Origin: Eledone cirrhosa
Lineage: Eukaryota
NCBI GenBank assembly: GCA_964016885.1
Contig: OZ024745.1
Coordinates: 76,074,001-76,138,000, forward strand
Length of the DNA stretch: 64,000 nucleotides
Direction: 5' to 3'
The position numbers and the translations under genes are program-made. This document shows positions 48,991-63,379 of this stretch, in pieces. The notes under the pieces are model-generated. The model was not told the origin of the DNA. It made no database searches and saw nothing but the letters and a program-made list of their open reading frames with translations. How positions within the stretch are numbered: position 1 is the stretch's first letter; every line of letters begins with the position of its first letter.

Positions 48991-49899
48991 AATGTATGCG
49001 TATTTATATGTATATGTGGAGCAATCTGTATGTATTTATGTATATGAGATAAACTGTATTAGAGACAGTTTCATCATCATCATCATCATCGTTTAACATC
49101 CATATTCCACTCTTGCATAGTTTATTTTGTATATATAATTTAAATAAAAATTAGAAATGATACCAGGAAATAAGATAATTTATGTTATTTGAGAACATTT
49201 CTGTATGAGGAATCTTATGCAATTTATTCAGCTTATGCTTCTGAAAAAAATAGAAAATATAATTATGGATATATTTTGTTGGCATTTTTAAATTTACAAA
49301 CTGATACATGTGTTTTGGTTGATTTGCAATTATAAAAGTATTCAAGCTGTAGAGACTATATATATATAATAAAAAAAAACCGTGAGAGTATTTTAACTAA
49401 AATATGTTTACTTAAATTATAATTATCCCTGATTTCCAGGCACAAATGCATATTTCTCTTTAGAGATATATTGCAAAATGATACATGATTTTTGTTCATG
49501 GTTTTAATTTTAAATATGTTGAAACAACTGTGTAATGTAAACTACTTTTAATGTTTTTTTTAAGTAACAGAGATGAATTATCGAATAGAGTAGAGTGTTC
49601 CAGGTTACAACTGTTAATGTTTGCTTCCTCCCGGACCCTCTTTTCATCATAACCCAAGTCTTATGTGCTGAAAAATGCTCATATGAAGATGAAATAACAT
49701 TGATTTCTAACTTTGACATAAGGGCACACATTTTCTAAAGGAAGAATCAATTATACTTGACTGGTATTTTAATTCATTGATCCTAGAAAGATGAAATGTA
49801 GATTAGAACTCAGAACATAAACAGATATATCTAAAGAGCCATTGACATTTTGTCAGGATCCTACTAATTCTTCCTAATATTGTAACAATATAAAAATGC

Positions 49900-50060
49900 C
49901 ATTGCAGTATTTGTTCTGGCTCTTTACATTCTGTATTCAAATCCTGCTGAGGTCAACTTTGCCTTTCATCGTTCCAGAGTCATTAAACTAAAATATGGGG
50001 TTCATTTAATCAACTTTGCTCTTTCCCCAATTTTGCTGGCCTTGTCTAAATTAGAAATCA
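49900..50060 (+). mobile_element. Diverged SINE
   Basis: TTCAAATCCTGCTGAGGTCAACTTTGCCTTTCATC core. Confidence 0.7.
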
Positions 50061-50087
50061 ACATTGCAACACTATATGCCTCTATAT

Positions 50088-50601
50088 CAGTGGTTCTCAA
50101 CCTTTTTTGCCAACGGCACACCTTGGAACACATGAAAAAATAACGGCACACCTAGCTAAATATATATGAAAAATTTGAACTCTGAAAGTTACACTTATTT
50201 TTCAACCATTTTTGGTCATATCTCAGCAAAAATTAGGACTAGATGAAAAAGAAATATATCATTTGTCTCAGTTTTAGAGGCAGATTCTACCATAAAGTGA
50301 AAAAAAGATGCATGATATAAATTTTTTTTCTTCTGGGGAGGTCCTACCTATTGACCAATATCCATATGATCAATACTAATGATGAACGAAACAATAAAAG
50401 ATATAGAATTTTTAGCATTGCGACATTTGGAAACATTTCGCTCATCCCTAAATGAACAAAGCTATGTGGTGCAACATGTTACACCACAGACTGTGAATAC
50501 TCAATTGGGATCACATGGTTTTTCGTATTTTCTTAGTGTGGCGTTCAAAATTTTGCGGCACACTTAGGAAGCTCTCACGGCACACTGGTTGAGAATCACT
50601 G
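50088..50601. mobile_element. hAT (Charlie-like) MITE
   Basis: TIRs CAGTGGTTCTCAACC / GGTTGAGAATCACTG; 8-bp TSD CTCTATAT/CTCTATAC; subterminal CGGCACAC repeats. Confidence 0.85.
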
Positions 50602-52324
50602 CTCTATACTCATAAATTATAAAATGTATCATTAAATTCTGAAACATGTTTGCTTGATTCAAAGTGCTTGCATCAGAAAAATTCTTCCTATAAATATATT
50701 TATACTCTGAGAATCATTAACAGATAAGTCACTTAAGAGATATATGCATTCTTTCAAATTCCCAATAGTCTTTACAATGCTTGGAAGAAATGTTTATCTT
50801 TCATCTAATTTAAGCAAAATTTAAACTAGAATATAACAATTGTCTTTCATATAAGCTAACGGCTCTTTATCTGTGTTTGTCATCGAATTGGTTAATTCAA
50901 ACTACAATAATAATTAATTGTTGATGTATTTTTTCTGAAACTGAAAGTAGGACATTTATTGTCATTCAACTACTGATAGAAGAAACTTTTGTAAGAAGTT
51001 TCAGAAAATGGGGAGGGTAAAGGGTGTACAAATAAATATAACTTTATATGATAAAATTAATTCAATATAATAGAATTTGAAACACAAGTGAATAGTTTTA
51101 TCATTATTATACATAATCATGTTAGAATCGACTTCTTCATTTCAACAGCTGCTATTAGTTGATAAGTGATCTTAATCTTAATAACATTGTCAGGGTGTAT
51201 TATTTAGCTGTGTATAATATGTCAGCAGAACACTATTTGTATTTTTAAAGTTTACACAGTTTGACATCTCACTGGGATTCTTCAAATAACGTATTATGTT
51301 AGTGACGAGAAATTCCTGAAAGGCAAGATATTAACATAGTCACCAAAATATATGATTTCTGCTTATGACAGAAACTAATTTGAAATTCTATGTATTGAAA
51401 TTTGTCATTATGGTTTTCTTTTCTTTTTACTTTTACCAAGATATGATTTGTGTTTCTACAGTATTACTATTTATTTACAATTGAAAAAAAAAACAAAAAA
51501 CAGTTTGAACACAGTTATGAACATAGTATAGAGACATTTAGCTGTAAGGCAACATTAACATTTCTCTTTATCTAACACAACATTACCATTTATCTTATTA
51601 CATCATTCAGCAGAATTTTATTTTGGATGGACACTACATTGTAACTTTTTTCAGAGAGGTTCATTCTCATGATGTGGAGAGATTACTTTACTTATCTCCT
51701 AAAACTGGTCACAACATTTTCTGATGTACATGAGGTGCATCTAGGAGTGATGACTAACCTAGAGGCTGAGGTCATAAGAGCAATAAAATATATTTAATGC
51801 AAAAGCCCCTCATTTAACTGTAACTTTTCTGAGCATCATTTTAGTTACAACTGGCAAAAAAAAATAAACAAAACAATTGACCTTAATTCATTATTTATTT
51901 TGTGCATTAATGAGATATCCAAATAATCAAATTTTTCGATAAAAAATTTACATTTTGTTATATTATGAGTAAATCCATTGATTTTCAATATTAACAGTCC
52001 TTGTAGTTTATAAGAATGTTCAGATATAGAAATTGATGCTATCCATATGTCATTGATAAAATATTTTACGAGTATACATTTGCTATTTCAGATTAGGTGT
52101 ATAGGTTTTAATACCATTAGAATATAACTCTAAAGGAAATGGGAGATGTAACTAGTAATTGAGTACTGCAGTTGTAGGTAGAATTTCACTATGGCTCATG
52201 TAGACATTTGTCTTTTTTTTATAACTGACTTGATTATATGTTGAATTCTTAATTTTTGAGTACTTTTTAGTTTAAAAAAATGCCTCAAATTCTACTAGAG
52301 TATTTATAGTACCTTATTCAATCC

Positions 52325-52540
52325 ATCACTGCCCATGTTTCACTACCATGCAGCATTTCACACAGACATCATACAAAGACATCATACAGTTGTCCTTTTG
52401 TACGTAGGGAGGAACTTTTTGTGACCAATAGAGGGAGTCCTCCAAAACTGCAGCTCTCTGGAACTCCATTTACCCATTCAATTATTAACCTATAATAATT
52501 CAACTCAACATTAATCATGCTCATCACCTCTAATTATACC
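52325..52540 (-). mobile_element. Decayed RTE fragment
   Basis: CATGTTTCACTACCATGCAGCAT encodes MLHGSETW on the minus strand. Confidence 0.6.
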
Positions 52541-52759
52541 AATGCCTCCAGTCTTGATGGACTTTGAGATGATTGTAAATATTGTTCTTTAGATTTATAA
52601 ATCCTTTCACACACTCATTGAATCTATCTTGAATCTACCTTTCAGATGGGACATTAATAAATAAAATCTATCGTTGTCTTATCAAGTACGTTGATGTTCT
52701 CTCTCTTTCACTCATTGCCTCCATCTTTCTTGCTCTCTCCATCTCTCACTATTATGAAT

Positions 52760-53020
52760 AAATGGGAACCCACACACTGGCCACCCCATGGCCTCAGCAA
52801 ACAGAATGGCGAAAGCGTTTCCCCCGGAGGATGGTGGAGATGTGTTGAAAGAGCCATTCCAGCTCGCGAGGCTCACACTTGCAGGTAGCTAACTACATGT
52901 TGATGGTAGTGAGTAGGGAGGTGGTCCTAGGGCCACGGACACCATAAGTTTCCACTGCTACGGGTTCAACCACAAATCTGTTGGAGAGCAACCGATATTT
53001 GGAGAGTTTGCCCTCCTTGA
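52760..53020 (-). mobile_element. Third CRE-like RLE fragment
   Basis: Clear nucleotide homology to 17555-17780. Confidence 0.75.
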
Positions 53021-54364
53021 CTTGAAGTATAGTAGAGTGTGAAGATTAGATAACCATATAAATACAGCATGAGCTAACTGTGACACTGAACTTAAAGCAG
53101 CTGAATTACACTCTCTTTCAACAAACTAATAAAAAAAATATTATTTTAGTTTTGTTTATCCAAAATATGTAGTGTTCTTATGTAAAAAGAATCCTTAACT
53201 CTTCTTTTAAAGATCAATCACTCTGTATCTCTAACCTTTTATATTCTTCTGACTGTATTGGAAAAAAAACAAGCAAAAAGTCTTATTGATTCTTGTCTTT
53301 TGACAGTATTCATGGAGCTGTTAATCAATAATGCAAGTCTGATTCTAAATATACCAGTAATCTTTTCCCTTTAAAAAATGTATACAGTTTACATTACAGT
53401 TAGATATTAACTCACTTGAAATAACTTCACAGTAATTTGAGACTATGGTTCATATTTGAGATGTGTTTGTGTGACTGTGAATGTACTTGTCTATATAGTC
53501 ATGTCCTTTTGAGTGGGTGTTTGTGTATTTGTGAATATGTGTATAGAAGAGAATAAAAAAACAAAAACAAAAGAGACTAAAATGAAAATGTATATTTCAA
53601 ATAGTTAAACTCTATCAAGTGTGTGGTGAGTGTTTTATGATGACTTATATATGAAGGCAGTGAGAGAAACATATAGCATATACATACTTCTGAATTTCTA
53701 TTTCTTTAACTGATAGCTAATGTTCATACAAAGTATACAGGTGAAATACTTATGTGTGTTGGTGTTCACCCAGGATGTATTGAGCATCCACAGCCTCTCA
53801 AACAGAAGCCACTCATGCACAGCAACCACAGATGTTAGTTGCAGATATTATCAGCCAGTCACAATTTCAATGCTCGGCACCATATATGTGAGAATGAGAT
53901 ATTAGCTCAAGATCTGACGTAATTGTGCCAATTCACATTTTCAGATGTCCACCTTGCTCTTTATGCCAATCTGAGAAAGGCTCAGGCACAAATCTATTGC
54001 AGATGAGTTCACCTGATAGATGGTAGTGTGCATGACCAAACTAACAGAGACACCTTTTGAGTAGGAGTCAGCAGGAATGACAAATTACAGTGTTTGTCAC
54101 AAAATCCAATGCACAAACATTGAGGATTTGGTGATGGCAAAAGTCGTAAAAAACTTCCAGCTTGCATAAACCTACCATTCTCATTGGTCATTCTTTGTAA
54201 CCATAGAGAAATAGGGTGTTAATGATCACTCTAAGATGAAGATTTTTGAGCCAGATGGATCTCTAGTCTAGATCAGAGTTGGCTTTCATTCTTTACATTC
54301 ATCAGTCTCTCATAGTAATATTTTTAGCCCTCTTTCTTTTCTTTTGATCATCAGTGGTACTAAA

Positions 54365-54545
54365 TGCACCAGTGTCATTTCCCATACAACATCCCAATTT
54401 ACATTGATGCACTGCCTTGCGATGTGAAACATTTCATGTCACTGATTCTTATGTCCCAAGACATTGGCAAACTTTCTTTCTTCAGCCTCTTTCTGAGCTG
54501 TATATAGCTTTCTTAGCTACTTGGTACCAGTTTCTGCTACCCCTA
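54365..54545 (-). mobile_element. Decayed RTE fragment
   Basis: Minus translation EAEERKFANVL..MFHIARQC. Confidence 0.6.
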
Positions 54546-55399
54546 TTTTTCCAGTCTTATAAACACAATATACTGTTATTTAAACATGTATTTTAAATGA
54601 TAAATATTTATGCAGAACACAGGATATATTAGATTTAAATTAAACTTAATATCGAACAACAATTTTTAATTAGAAACCTTACTTTGTAAAGAAAGAAGTG
54701 CAAACACACATTCCACTATTCTCTCTTTACAAAGAAAAAAAAAGAGAAAAAAACATGAGAGATTATCTTTGTGTTTCAGAAATTATTATTTCCTTATCAG
54801 ACAATAACTATTCCTGCATTTTTTTCTACAGAGCTTTTTATAGAATTACTACTTATGTCAAGCAGGATATATGAACTGCTGTAAGGTTATTATTTATATA
54901 TACTATGGACTTTACCAGTCTCCACCAACAAAGCATAGATCAACCTAAGGCTATATTAGCAAATACTTGCTCAAGATGACATGGAGGGAATGGGTTTAAA
55001 TATGAAACAACGTGGTTCCAAATTGGGCTTCTTCATACACCCAATAAAAATTATATCTTAACAGGATTCTAACTTAGAATCAGTAAGCTTTAAATGTAAC
55101 AATACTTTAAATATTAGAGAGTGTATTGGGAGCATTTTATCATGGCGCCAGCATTGGGGAAGTTGTCATGTACTTGACAAAGTGAAAAGTCCTCTCTATC
55201 CTATATTGTCTCTATTTGGTCACCAGCAATTTCACAGTATACTGGGTGTAATTTATTGTGGCACCAACATTAGAGTGGTTGGCTCCACTGCAGGTTAAAA
55301 GAGACTTCTTCACTTCAGGTGTTCTCCAATCTCTCATCATAGTTACTTTTAATGTTGCAGTACTTGTAGTGTTGGGCGGGTATTTTCTAGTATGGCAAA

Positions 55400-55582
55400 T
55401 CATCAGTCAGTTTGACCTTGTATCATCTCCTTTGTGAGGTTCAGTTTCAGGAGGTAACTTTACACAACTTTGTCTCATATCTTCCTTTGTCTTCCGCAGG
55501 TTTCGTCTTCTTAAAACAACTCTCACTTTCTTTTCACATTACATGTCCATACCAATGCAATTGTCTCTCTTCTGCACTACAT
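55400..55582 (-). mobile_element. Decayed RTE 3' fragment
   Basis: Minus translation EERQLHWYGHVM. Confidence 0.55.
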
Positions 55583-55609
55583 AAAGTTCCTTTTATAATA
55601 TATAATCAA

Positions 55610-55792
55610 ATAATGGTTTCTGATTTAGGCAAGGAGGGGAGTTTATTAAATCAGCCTCAGTGCATTACTGCTACTTTATTTTGTCTACCCCGTAAGGGTG
55701 AAAGGCAAAGCTAACTTTAGCAGGATTTGAACTCATAACTATATGCCACAAAACCTGTCTGATGCTCTACCAATACTGCCACTCCACTGCCC
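55610..55792 (-). mobile_element. Diverged SINE
   Basis: SINE core reverse complement. Confidence 0.7.
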
Positions 55793-56887
55793 TTCAGGCA
55801 TACTCTGCAATGCCTTAAATATGTTTACACTATTTCTTGTTTTATGAGGTGACTGTTTTGTTAAAGAAATTTATGAAGTCATTATATGTTTGCTTATATG
55901 ACAACAGACAATATCAGCGTGTGGTCAGAATACATTATAATGATTTAATTTGAGGCAATATTCCTTGGATCATGTTTGATATTCTGGCACCACCAAGTAA
56001 GTTGTGTAAACGTGCACTCATTTCTCATATATTATGAGAAATATTTCATAATTGTATATATACTACATTCATTAATTTCACATTTCAGGAATAGTGTCAT
56101 TATGTATGAAATTTACAAATGTCTGGAGTTGTGACTTGTGGCACGAAACTCCACAAGATTGTCTTGTGTTAGAGAAAAGGTTATGATGCCATGGTTTGAT
56201 TTAGTTTCCCAAAGACCAGACACTATCAATGCATTAAAGTAGACTGAATATATAGTTTAATATTGGAAAGCAGGTTGAATAAAGTAATGTGTAAGAAGTT
56301 CTTCCAAGGCCATGAACTAATTCTTTTTAAAATGCCAATAAAGGTTTAAATTTGACTTTTATCACAGTGAGGACCAATGAATTAAAGTAATTGTTTAAAA
56401 GGTGCTGCTTTTTGAGAATATTCTCAATGGGAGCAACCAGTCTCTTTGTCTCCCTTTCCATAACTATGTCATTGGTACCATTATGCTTTGAATCTTTGAT
56501 GAATTCATAAAATGTTTTACTGTGTCTATACCTTTAAAATTCTTTGAAAGTTCTAATACTCTTTAATCTTGCTTCTTAGTATAGTTTGAATACTATTTAA
56601 TCAGCAGTTTTATCAATAGCAGCACAAGGAAGCCAGTGAGGAAGCTTCTACTGGGCTTTTCAATGCGCTAAAAATAGTAGCAAAATCTTAATTATATCAC
56701 ACGTTGTTCTCTTAAATAAGTGAAGGATATATTGGATAAATGTCATTATAGATAACCCTAAAAAGATTGGTTGATCATAGATGCACACCAACAACAGTAA
56801 TGACATCTTTGCTTGAGCCAACCAACAATGTTCTTGTTAATCCTTTGTCCAATTGAAAATAGGAGTCAACACTGACTGAATACTTTA

Positions 56888-57084
56888 TGAGGGTAGGCTG
56901 AAAAGTTCATAGGCTGACTATGAAGGAGTGATGGTAATGCTGTGAAATCTTGCATGCATTAATTTCAACTATTCGTATTAATAACTGCATTGTGTCTTTC
57001 CGGAGGCCATGTTGAAAAATAAACCTCATTTGATCATTCCATGAGAGTATCTTCATTAGCCTATGAACTTTTCAGCCGACCTTT
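56888..57084. mobile_element. mariner-type MITE
   Basis: TIRs GAGGGTAGGCTGAAAAGTTCATAGGCT / AGCCTATGAACTTTTCAGCCGACCTT, TA flanks. Confidence 0.75.
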
Positions 57085-57314
57085 ATATATAATGGTCAAT
57101 TTCTGTGCTATTGGTTTATTCAAGCAGACCTGAATTGATATACACAACAATAACTGCTTTAGAAATATGAATTTCTTACATTGGTATAAAGTCTCAAATT
57201 TACTAGAAGTGAGAGAGTAAGTAGTGAAGGATTTGTACTTTACCAGATGTGTCAACATACATGAACTGCTCTCAACTAGGATTAAATATCAGATTTTAAA
57301 TTCATTTAATTTTC

Positions 57315-57648
57315 ATTTCATTTCATTTTACGTCCACTTTTCCCTGCTTGCAAGGGTGGGACGGGAACTGATCTTGGCTTGATTTCTACAGCTGGATGCC
57401 CTTCCTAACACCAACCTCATTTACAGTGAGTGCTGGGTGCTTTTTTGCCATGGCACCTCCACGACCACTTTGCAGTGGAATAATAAGGACCTCAGTCCCT
57501 ATCATCTCATTTCTACAGCTGAGTAAACTGGAGCAATGTGAAATAAACTGTCTTGCTCAAGGAAACAACACATCACTTGGTCTGAGAATTGAACTCACAA
57601 CCTTTCGATTGCAAGGCCAATGCTCTAACCACTAAGCCATGTGCCTCC
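57315..57648 (-). mobile_element. tRNA-headed SINE with RTE-B-like 3' tail (second SINE family)
   Basis: Minus strand begins GGAGGCACATGGCTTAGTGG (A box), GAGTTCAATTC (B box), and ends CCCACCCTTGCAAGCAGGGAAAAGTGGACGTAAAATG, as in RTE-B. Confidence 0.7.
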
Positions 57649-57874
57649 ATTTCTTTCAAATCACACCTTACCATCTTTATAAAAGATAGTAGAATAAATA
57701 AAATAATGTAGTCCTACATATGCTGTCTCTTAAAAAATTCAATTCATCAAATGTCTGCTGCCACAACATTGTAAAACAAAACAAAAAAAAAACAACAAAA
57801 CCACTATAATGTTATTAATATTGTCATTCATCAACAGTAAATGTTCTACTAAAGAAGTTTAAATATACGTGCTA

Positions 57875-59360
57875 CTGAACAACGGTGCTACTCCAGAACA
57901 GTGGAAAACTGCCAGTGTCATTCCTCTGTTCAAAAAGGGTGACCGCACATCACCAGTGAACTATCGTCCAGTCAGTCTTACTAGCTGCATTGCCAAACTG
58001 ATGGAATCCTGTGTCAGAGAAACACTTTGGAACTTCTGGAACTCTGTCTTATCCGGCCCTCGCAATTTGGATTTATCCCTAACTCCAGCTGCTGTGATCA
58101 ACTTATCGAGTTTCTTGAAGACATCACCCGGATCACTGATGGCGGCTCATGGGTGGATGTTGTTTACCTTGACTTTGCTAAAGCTTTCAATTCCGTGCCA
58201 CACAAAAGGCTTATGGCAAAACTCTCTGCAATGTGTGTGAAGGATGATCTTTTTAACTCGTGGAAGTCCTTCATTCTCAGTCGAAGAGAGGTAGTCACGG
58301 TTCTAGAACAGCATTCCTCACCGTATAAGATGTCATCTGATGTACCACTGTTCTTGGCCCCCTTTTGTTTGTGGCATATATTAATGACATAGATGCCAAC
58401 TTAAAAAATGCCACAATACTGAAATATGCAGACGACATCAAGCTGTACCTTGAGATAAAAAGGACAGATCCTGAACACTATAGATCTTGCCTGCAATCTG
58501 ACCTGGACACAATGCAACAATGGATCACAGACTGGCAACACAAGCTGGCTGTGGACAAGTGCACCACCATGGATTTTGGGAGTAAAAACCCAGCGTCCAC
58601 ATACTCCCTCCACAACACTAATATCAAGAAGTCTTCTTGTGAACGTGACCTGGGCATTACTGTCAGCAACAATTTGCATTGGACGAAGCATGTCTCTAAA
58701 ATTGTCAAGAAGGCTGAGGGTGTCTTAGCATCACTCATCAAGACCTTTGTCAGCCACTCACCCGCTATTTATTTAAAGCTGTATATAGCTATTGTGCGGC
58801 CACACTTAGAATTTGCATCACCAGTCTGGAACCCCTATCTTGCTCAGAACATTGACCTCCTGGAAACTGTTCAGAAACGTGCAACCAAGCGAATACCCGC
58901 CATCAGACATCTACTATACTCTGAACGCCTTGCTTCCCTGTGCATGGATACATTGAAGCTCCGACGTCTGGCAACTGACTTGGTAAACACCCATAAAATT
59001 ATTAACCATCTTGCCAAAAACAACCCTGAGTACCTTTTTGATTTCCACGTGGGCATGCCAACAAAGTCAGAAAACAGCGCAGCTTCTGTGACTTTTAGAA
59101 ACAATTTTTTATGCCCAGAGTTGCTGAAGCATGGAACAAACTACCTGCATCAGTTATAAGCTGTCGAGACACTGTATCCTTTAAAACCTCCATACTTCCT
59201 GAGATTCGCCAACACTACACCTAATATTCCCCCTCCATACACACGCACACATATATATATCATGACTCATACACTATTCACTTCCCTGACATTTGTATAT
59301 TATTCTATGTACTATACATGCACCTTTGATGAGCACAATAATTTCATTATTATTATTATT
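57875..59360 (+). mobile_element. 5'-truncated CR1-like LINE (same family as 7985-12240)
   Basis: ORFs 57869-58240, 58027-58392 and 58365-59159 nearly identical in protein to the first copy; (ATT)n tail. Confidence 0.92.
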
Positions 59361-60067
59361 ACACAGTAACCAAACTGCAAACACAATAGCAATATCTTTC
59401 CTCAGATAGATTGTATAATAAATAAATATGCATTGATTGTTTTCTTGCCAAAACATTTGAATACATGGTTTCCAAAAACCCAACTAAACAAGAGTTTTTA
59501 CTTGATTGTTTGACCTGATTGAAATAACAGCCACATTTCTTTCAAATCACACCTTACCATCTTTATAAAAGATAGTAGAATAAATAAAATAATGTAGTCC
59601 TACATATGCTGTCTCTTAAAAAATAATAAAGTTGGATTTGTCATGGCTGGAATACCTTTGATCATAGGTTTGTTTAATCATGGTTAGTTGACTTGGAGTT
59701 AAAATGCAACACCTAACCTTCGATATTAAATTAGCTTTAGTTCTAATATCTTTCAGATTTAATTATTTGTTTTGTTTCTGTTTGACAAGCAGAAATATGA
59801 AAATAGAATTACTGTATTCACAGAAATATATTTGTCTTCTTGAACATTCAATGTTTTTATTCATAATTTTTTTTTTTCATTTATATCCATTATCTTGGAA
59901 TATATTAGTTGTTTATTGCCATTCTTATTTCTAAAGCTCATTTTTTGGAATATAGATAATTTTATATCATCACCACCCAAATATTAAGACTCTCATTTCA
60001 GTCATCTCATTTTTGTGTCATCTAATCTGTAGTATTCTGAGTAACTATTTTATATAAATTTTTTTGT

Positions 60068-60393
60068 ATGTGCAATGTAAATGTGTGTGAACGACCCAGC
60101 TTAAATGTGTTGAGAGAAAAATGTGTCTGAGAGGGATAGAATGTAGTGTACGGGAGAGGAGACTGAGGTGGTATGGACATGTGATGCGCATGGAGGATGA
60201 CCGATGGGTGAGGAAGTGCCAGGAATTGCCAGTTGAAGGAAGACGTGGTAGAGGTAGACCACGAAAAACATGGACGGAGGAGGTGAGAACAGACCTCAGA
60301 TCATTGAAGCTCACGGTGGAGAGATGCTGTGCTGAATAAGACCCGTCTCACCCTTGCAAGCAGGGAAAAGCGGACGTAAAATGATGATGATGA
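60068..60393 (+). mobile_element. Short 3' fragment of RTE subfamily B
   Basis: RRLRWYGHVMR..GRGRPRKTW; (GAT)n tail. Confidence 0.88.
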
Positions 60394-61699
60394 TTTTCCA
60401 TGACCCCATCTCATTTTACCTATCTGTTCTTTATGCATATCTATTCATATTCTCATAACAGTAGAGTTATTGGTTTAATACTTGGTATGATAAGTGGTGT
60501 AGTTTAAAAGGAAAATTTTCAAGTAATCCAAGCCCATCATCTAATTTTGATTACCAATAGTAATTATTCCACTTCACTAACATCTCTAACACGTTCTTAG
60601 GAAAGGTGGGAATGTCACAGATCATATTTTCTCCTTGTATAGGATTATATGCAAAATGCAATGTAGAACTGTGTAACTATGACAGTCACGGCAAGCTGTC
60701 TGTAAATGGAGAATATTTTCTTTCATGAATTTCTATACTCTTCTGAGCAATGTTTATTTTCTATTTCCATGGTTTTAAGCAATGAAAAACAAATCTCTGC
60801 TAGCATGTGAGCTAAGGAATCACATGACAATGTTACAGTGCACTCTCCTGTTTGGCAACTAAGAACTAAATGTCATGGCTACAAACATAAGTGTTGGCAT
60901 CACAGTACCAACCATTTACCTCTTGCCTGGTTGTCTCATACCCTTCTATCTGAAACATTTCTTCTCTTATAAATGGTTTAGCTGTTTACAAAAAGGTACT
61001 TAGTCAGTGAAGGCATATGGCTTAGTGCTTAGATTCACAATCATGATGTATTGTGTCCTTGTGTAAGACGCTTTATTTCATGCTCCAGTTCACCCAGTGA
61101 AAAAAAAATGAGTTGCCACATCTCTGGTGCCAAGCTGTATCAGCCTTTGCCTTTCCCTTGGATAACATCAGCGGCATAGAAAAAAGGGACTGGTATGTAT
61201 GGGTGACTGCTGATCTTCCACAAAAACACCTTGCCCGGTATTGTGCCTTAGATGGGAACTTTCTAGGTCCAAAAGCCATGGTCATTCATGACCAAAATGG
61301 GCTCTTGATCAATTTACTTGGTTAAAAGAGAAAATAATTTATCCATTTGTTTCTGCCAAACTTATCTTGATATTTAAATACAAAAGTCATAGTTGAGGTT
61401 ATGTTGGTTAATATTAATTAACTCCACATTAGTCCTTTCAAGCATATCTATGATCAAAGGCATTCCAAACATGACAATCCCATCTTTTAGAATATCAAGA
61501 ACTACATTGCCCAATGTACTTTTCATTTTTTAAAACAAAAGGTTTTGATTCAGGAGAGATTCAGTTGAAATTTCTAAAAGATTGTCTGTCTCATGTAAAG
61601 GCTTCCTTACTTTATGTGGATGGTTTTTGAAAAGAACATTTATACCTAGCACAGTTAAAATGATGAAAAGAGGGAAAAGATGTTGCATTGTGGAAGTTT

Positions 61700-61880
61700 A
61701 ATCATCATCATCATCATTGTTGTCACCATTGAACATCTATTTTCCATTCTTGCATGAGATAAATGGGTTGTCATATTCTTTGTTCATGCTTTTTGGCTTA
61801 GTTTTTATGGCTAGATGCCCTTCCTAACTCCAACCACTTTACAGCATGTACAGGAAGCATTTTATCATGACTCTTGCACT
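61700..61880 (-). mobile_element. RTE-tail SINE-like element, diverged
   Basis: CATCAT tail and GATGCCCTTCCTAACTCCAACCACTTTACAG motif. Confidence 0.6.
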
Positions 61881-62529
61881 GATAACTTTGTAGGAGATGC
61901 TTGTTTATTGCAGAAGAATAAAGATACAACATGATGATAGTCCAAGCTCAGAAGATTGTTTGTGATGAAACACAAATAATTTCTGTTTCTTAACACTATA
62001 TTGAAAGTCTCTAAAAGACTTGAAATATTCAACCAAGATATAAAAGTAACATGTTGGGATCAGGATGAACCTTATCTAAACATTTTTGATTTTAATGAAA
62101 AATGGAGTTACTTTTTGTATTTTTGACAATACTAAAGATATTTAGTTTTCAGATAAGATGTCAAATAGCAGCTAATACTGTGATATATATATAGAAATTC
62201 AGGTTTTTCAAAGTGGGGGGTCATTCATAAGGAAGCATTGTATAGCAGTAAAAGTGTCTCCCTGCATTATAGAAACTTTGCACCCTCCAGAAATTGTAAA
62301 GTATGACTGCTAACTTACGGAGTCAGACTGCAATTGTGTCCTTACAGAAACTCAAGTAAATTTTAATAATTTGAAAACAGCACTTTATTCTTAGTTGAAA
62401 AGCCACCTCTTGACCTTTTTAATTAGGATGAAAGTGTAGTTAACAATTGGAAAAACTAAAATCATGATTTCTTTCATGGATGGTCAGCTGAATGGAATTT
62501 ATATGCTATTATGTGATTTGCTATCATCA

Positions 62530-62725
62530 AGGGTGGTGGATTGGCAGTATCAGTAGAGCATTGGACACCATGCTTCGTGGAATATAGCTACAACCTTTTA
62601 CATTCTGATTTCAAATCCTGCTGAGGTTAGCTTTGCCTTTCATCCTTATAGGATCAATAAAATGAAGTACCAGTAACAAACACACTGGAGTTGATTTAAT
62701 CGACTTTCCCCTCCCTCAAAATTGT
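62530..62725 (+). mobile_element. tRNA-derived SINE
   Basis: GGGTGGTGGATTGGCAGTATC head and SINE core. Confidence 0.8.
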
Positions 62726-63379
62726 TTTATTTTTTAAATTTTTATTTTAACTTATCTGCTCATGGGATATGCTGTACTAGAGGCTATATACTGAACTAAA
62801 TATATTTATAATCATAATTGTATTATAAATTACTCCACAAGTGGCTAGAATAAATTAACTGCCTATAATTTGTATAATTAGTATTTATATACATTCACAT
62901 GTATCTTGGCAGAAGATGAGAGCTCTGTAAACCGTAGGAAAGGCAAACCATCTAGAATAAATGAGATTTCACTGGATTGACATGGGCTCTGTAGTTCTTA
63001 ATGAAGGCAACCTCTAGGAGAGCCAGGACTGAATAAAAAATCTCTTAAGTCCTCTTTGACAAGAGTGCAGATAGCATGATAAAATGTACAGTCTAAAGTG
63101 TTTGGTGATAGGAAAAGCATCCAGTTTAGAAAAAACAAGCCCCCCTCCCCCCCATAAAATTTATCAAAAGCACAACATACAATATATATACTAATTGTTT
63201 ATCCAGGACTATTACTAATAATGCCAGTGCTGTGCACGGTAGTGGGGTAGTTAACCTAATCATGTAAGAACCCCTCAACCATCAAGTGATTGTATATCTA
63301 CTTTCCTTTTTGGGTGCAGAAAGCTACTACCAAATGACAATACAAGCACCACTTTCAGATAGCATGCTTCAGGGCTGCT

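Noticed and set aside
51648-51797. Possible host exon after TTTTTTCAG
   Set aside because: Open frame WRDYFTYLL..EVHLG..EAEVIRAIK resembles the RTE linker region, so more likely a LINE relic
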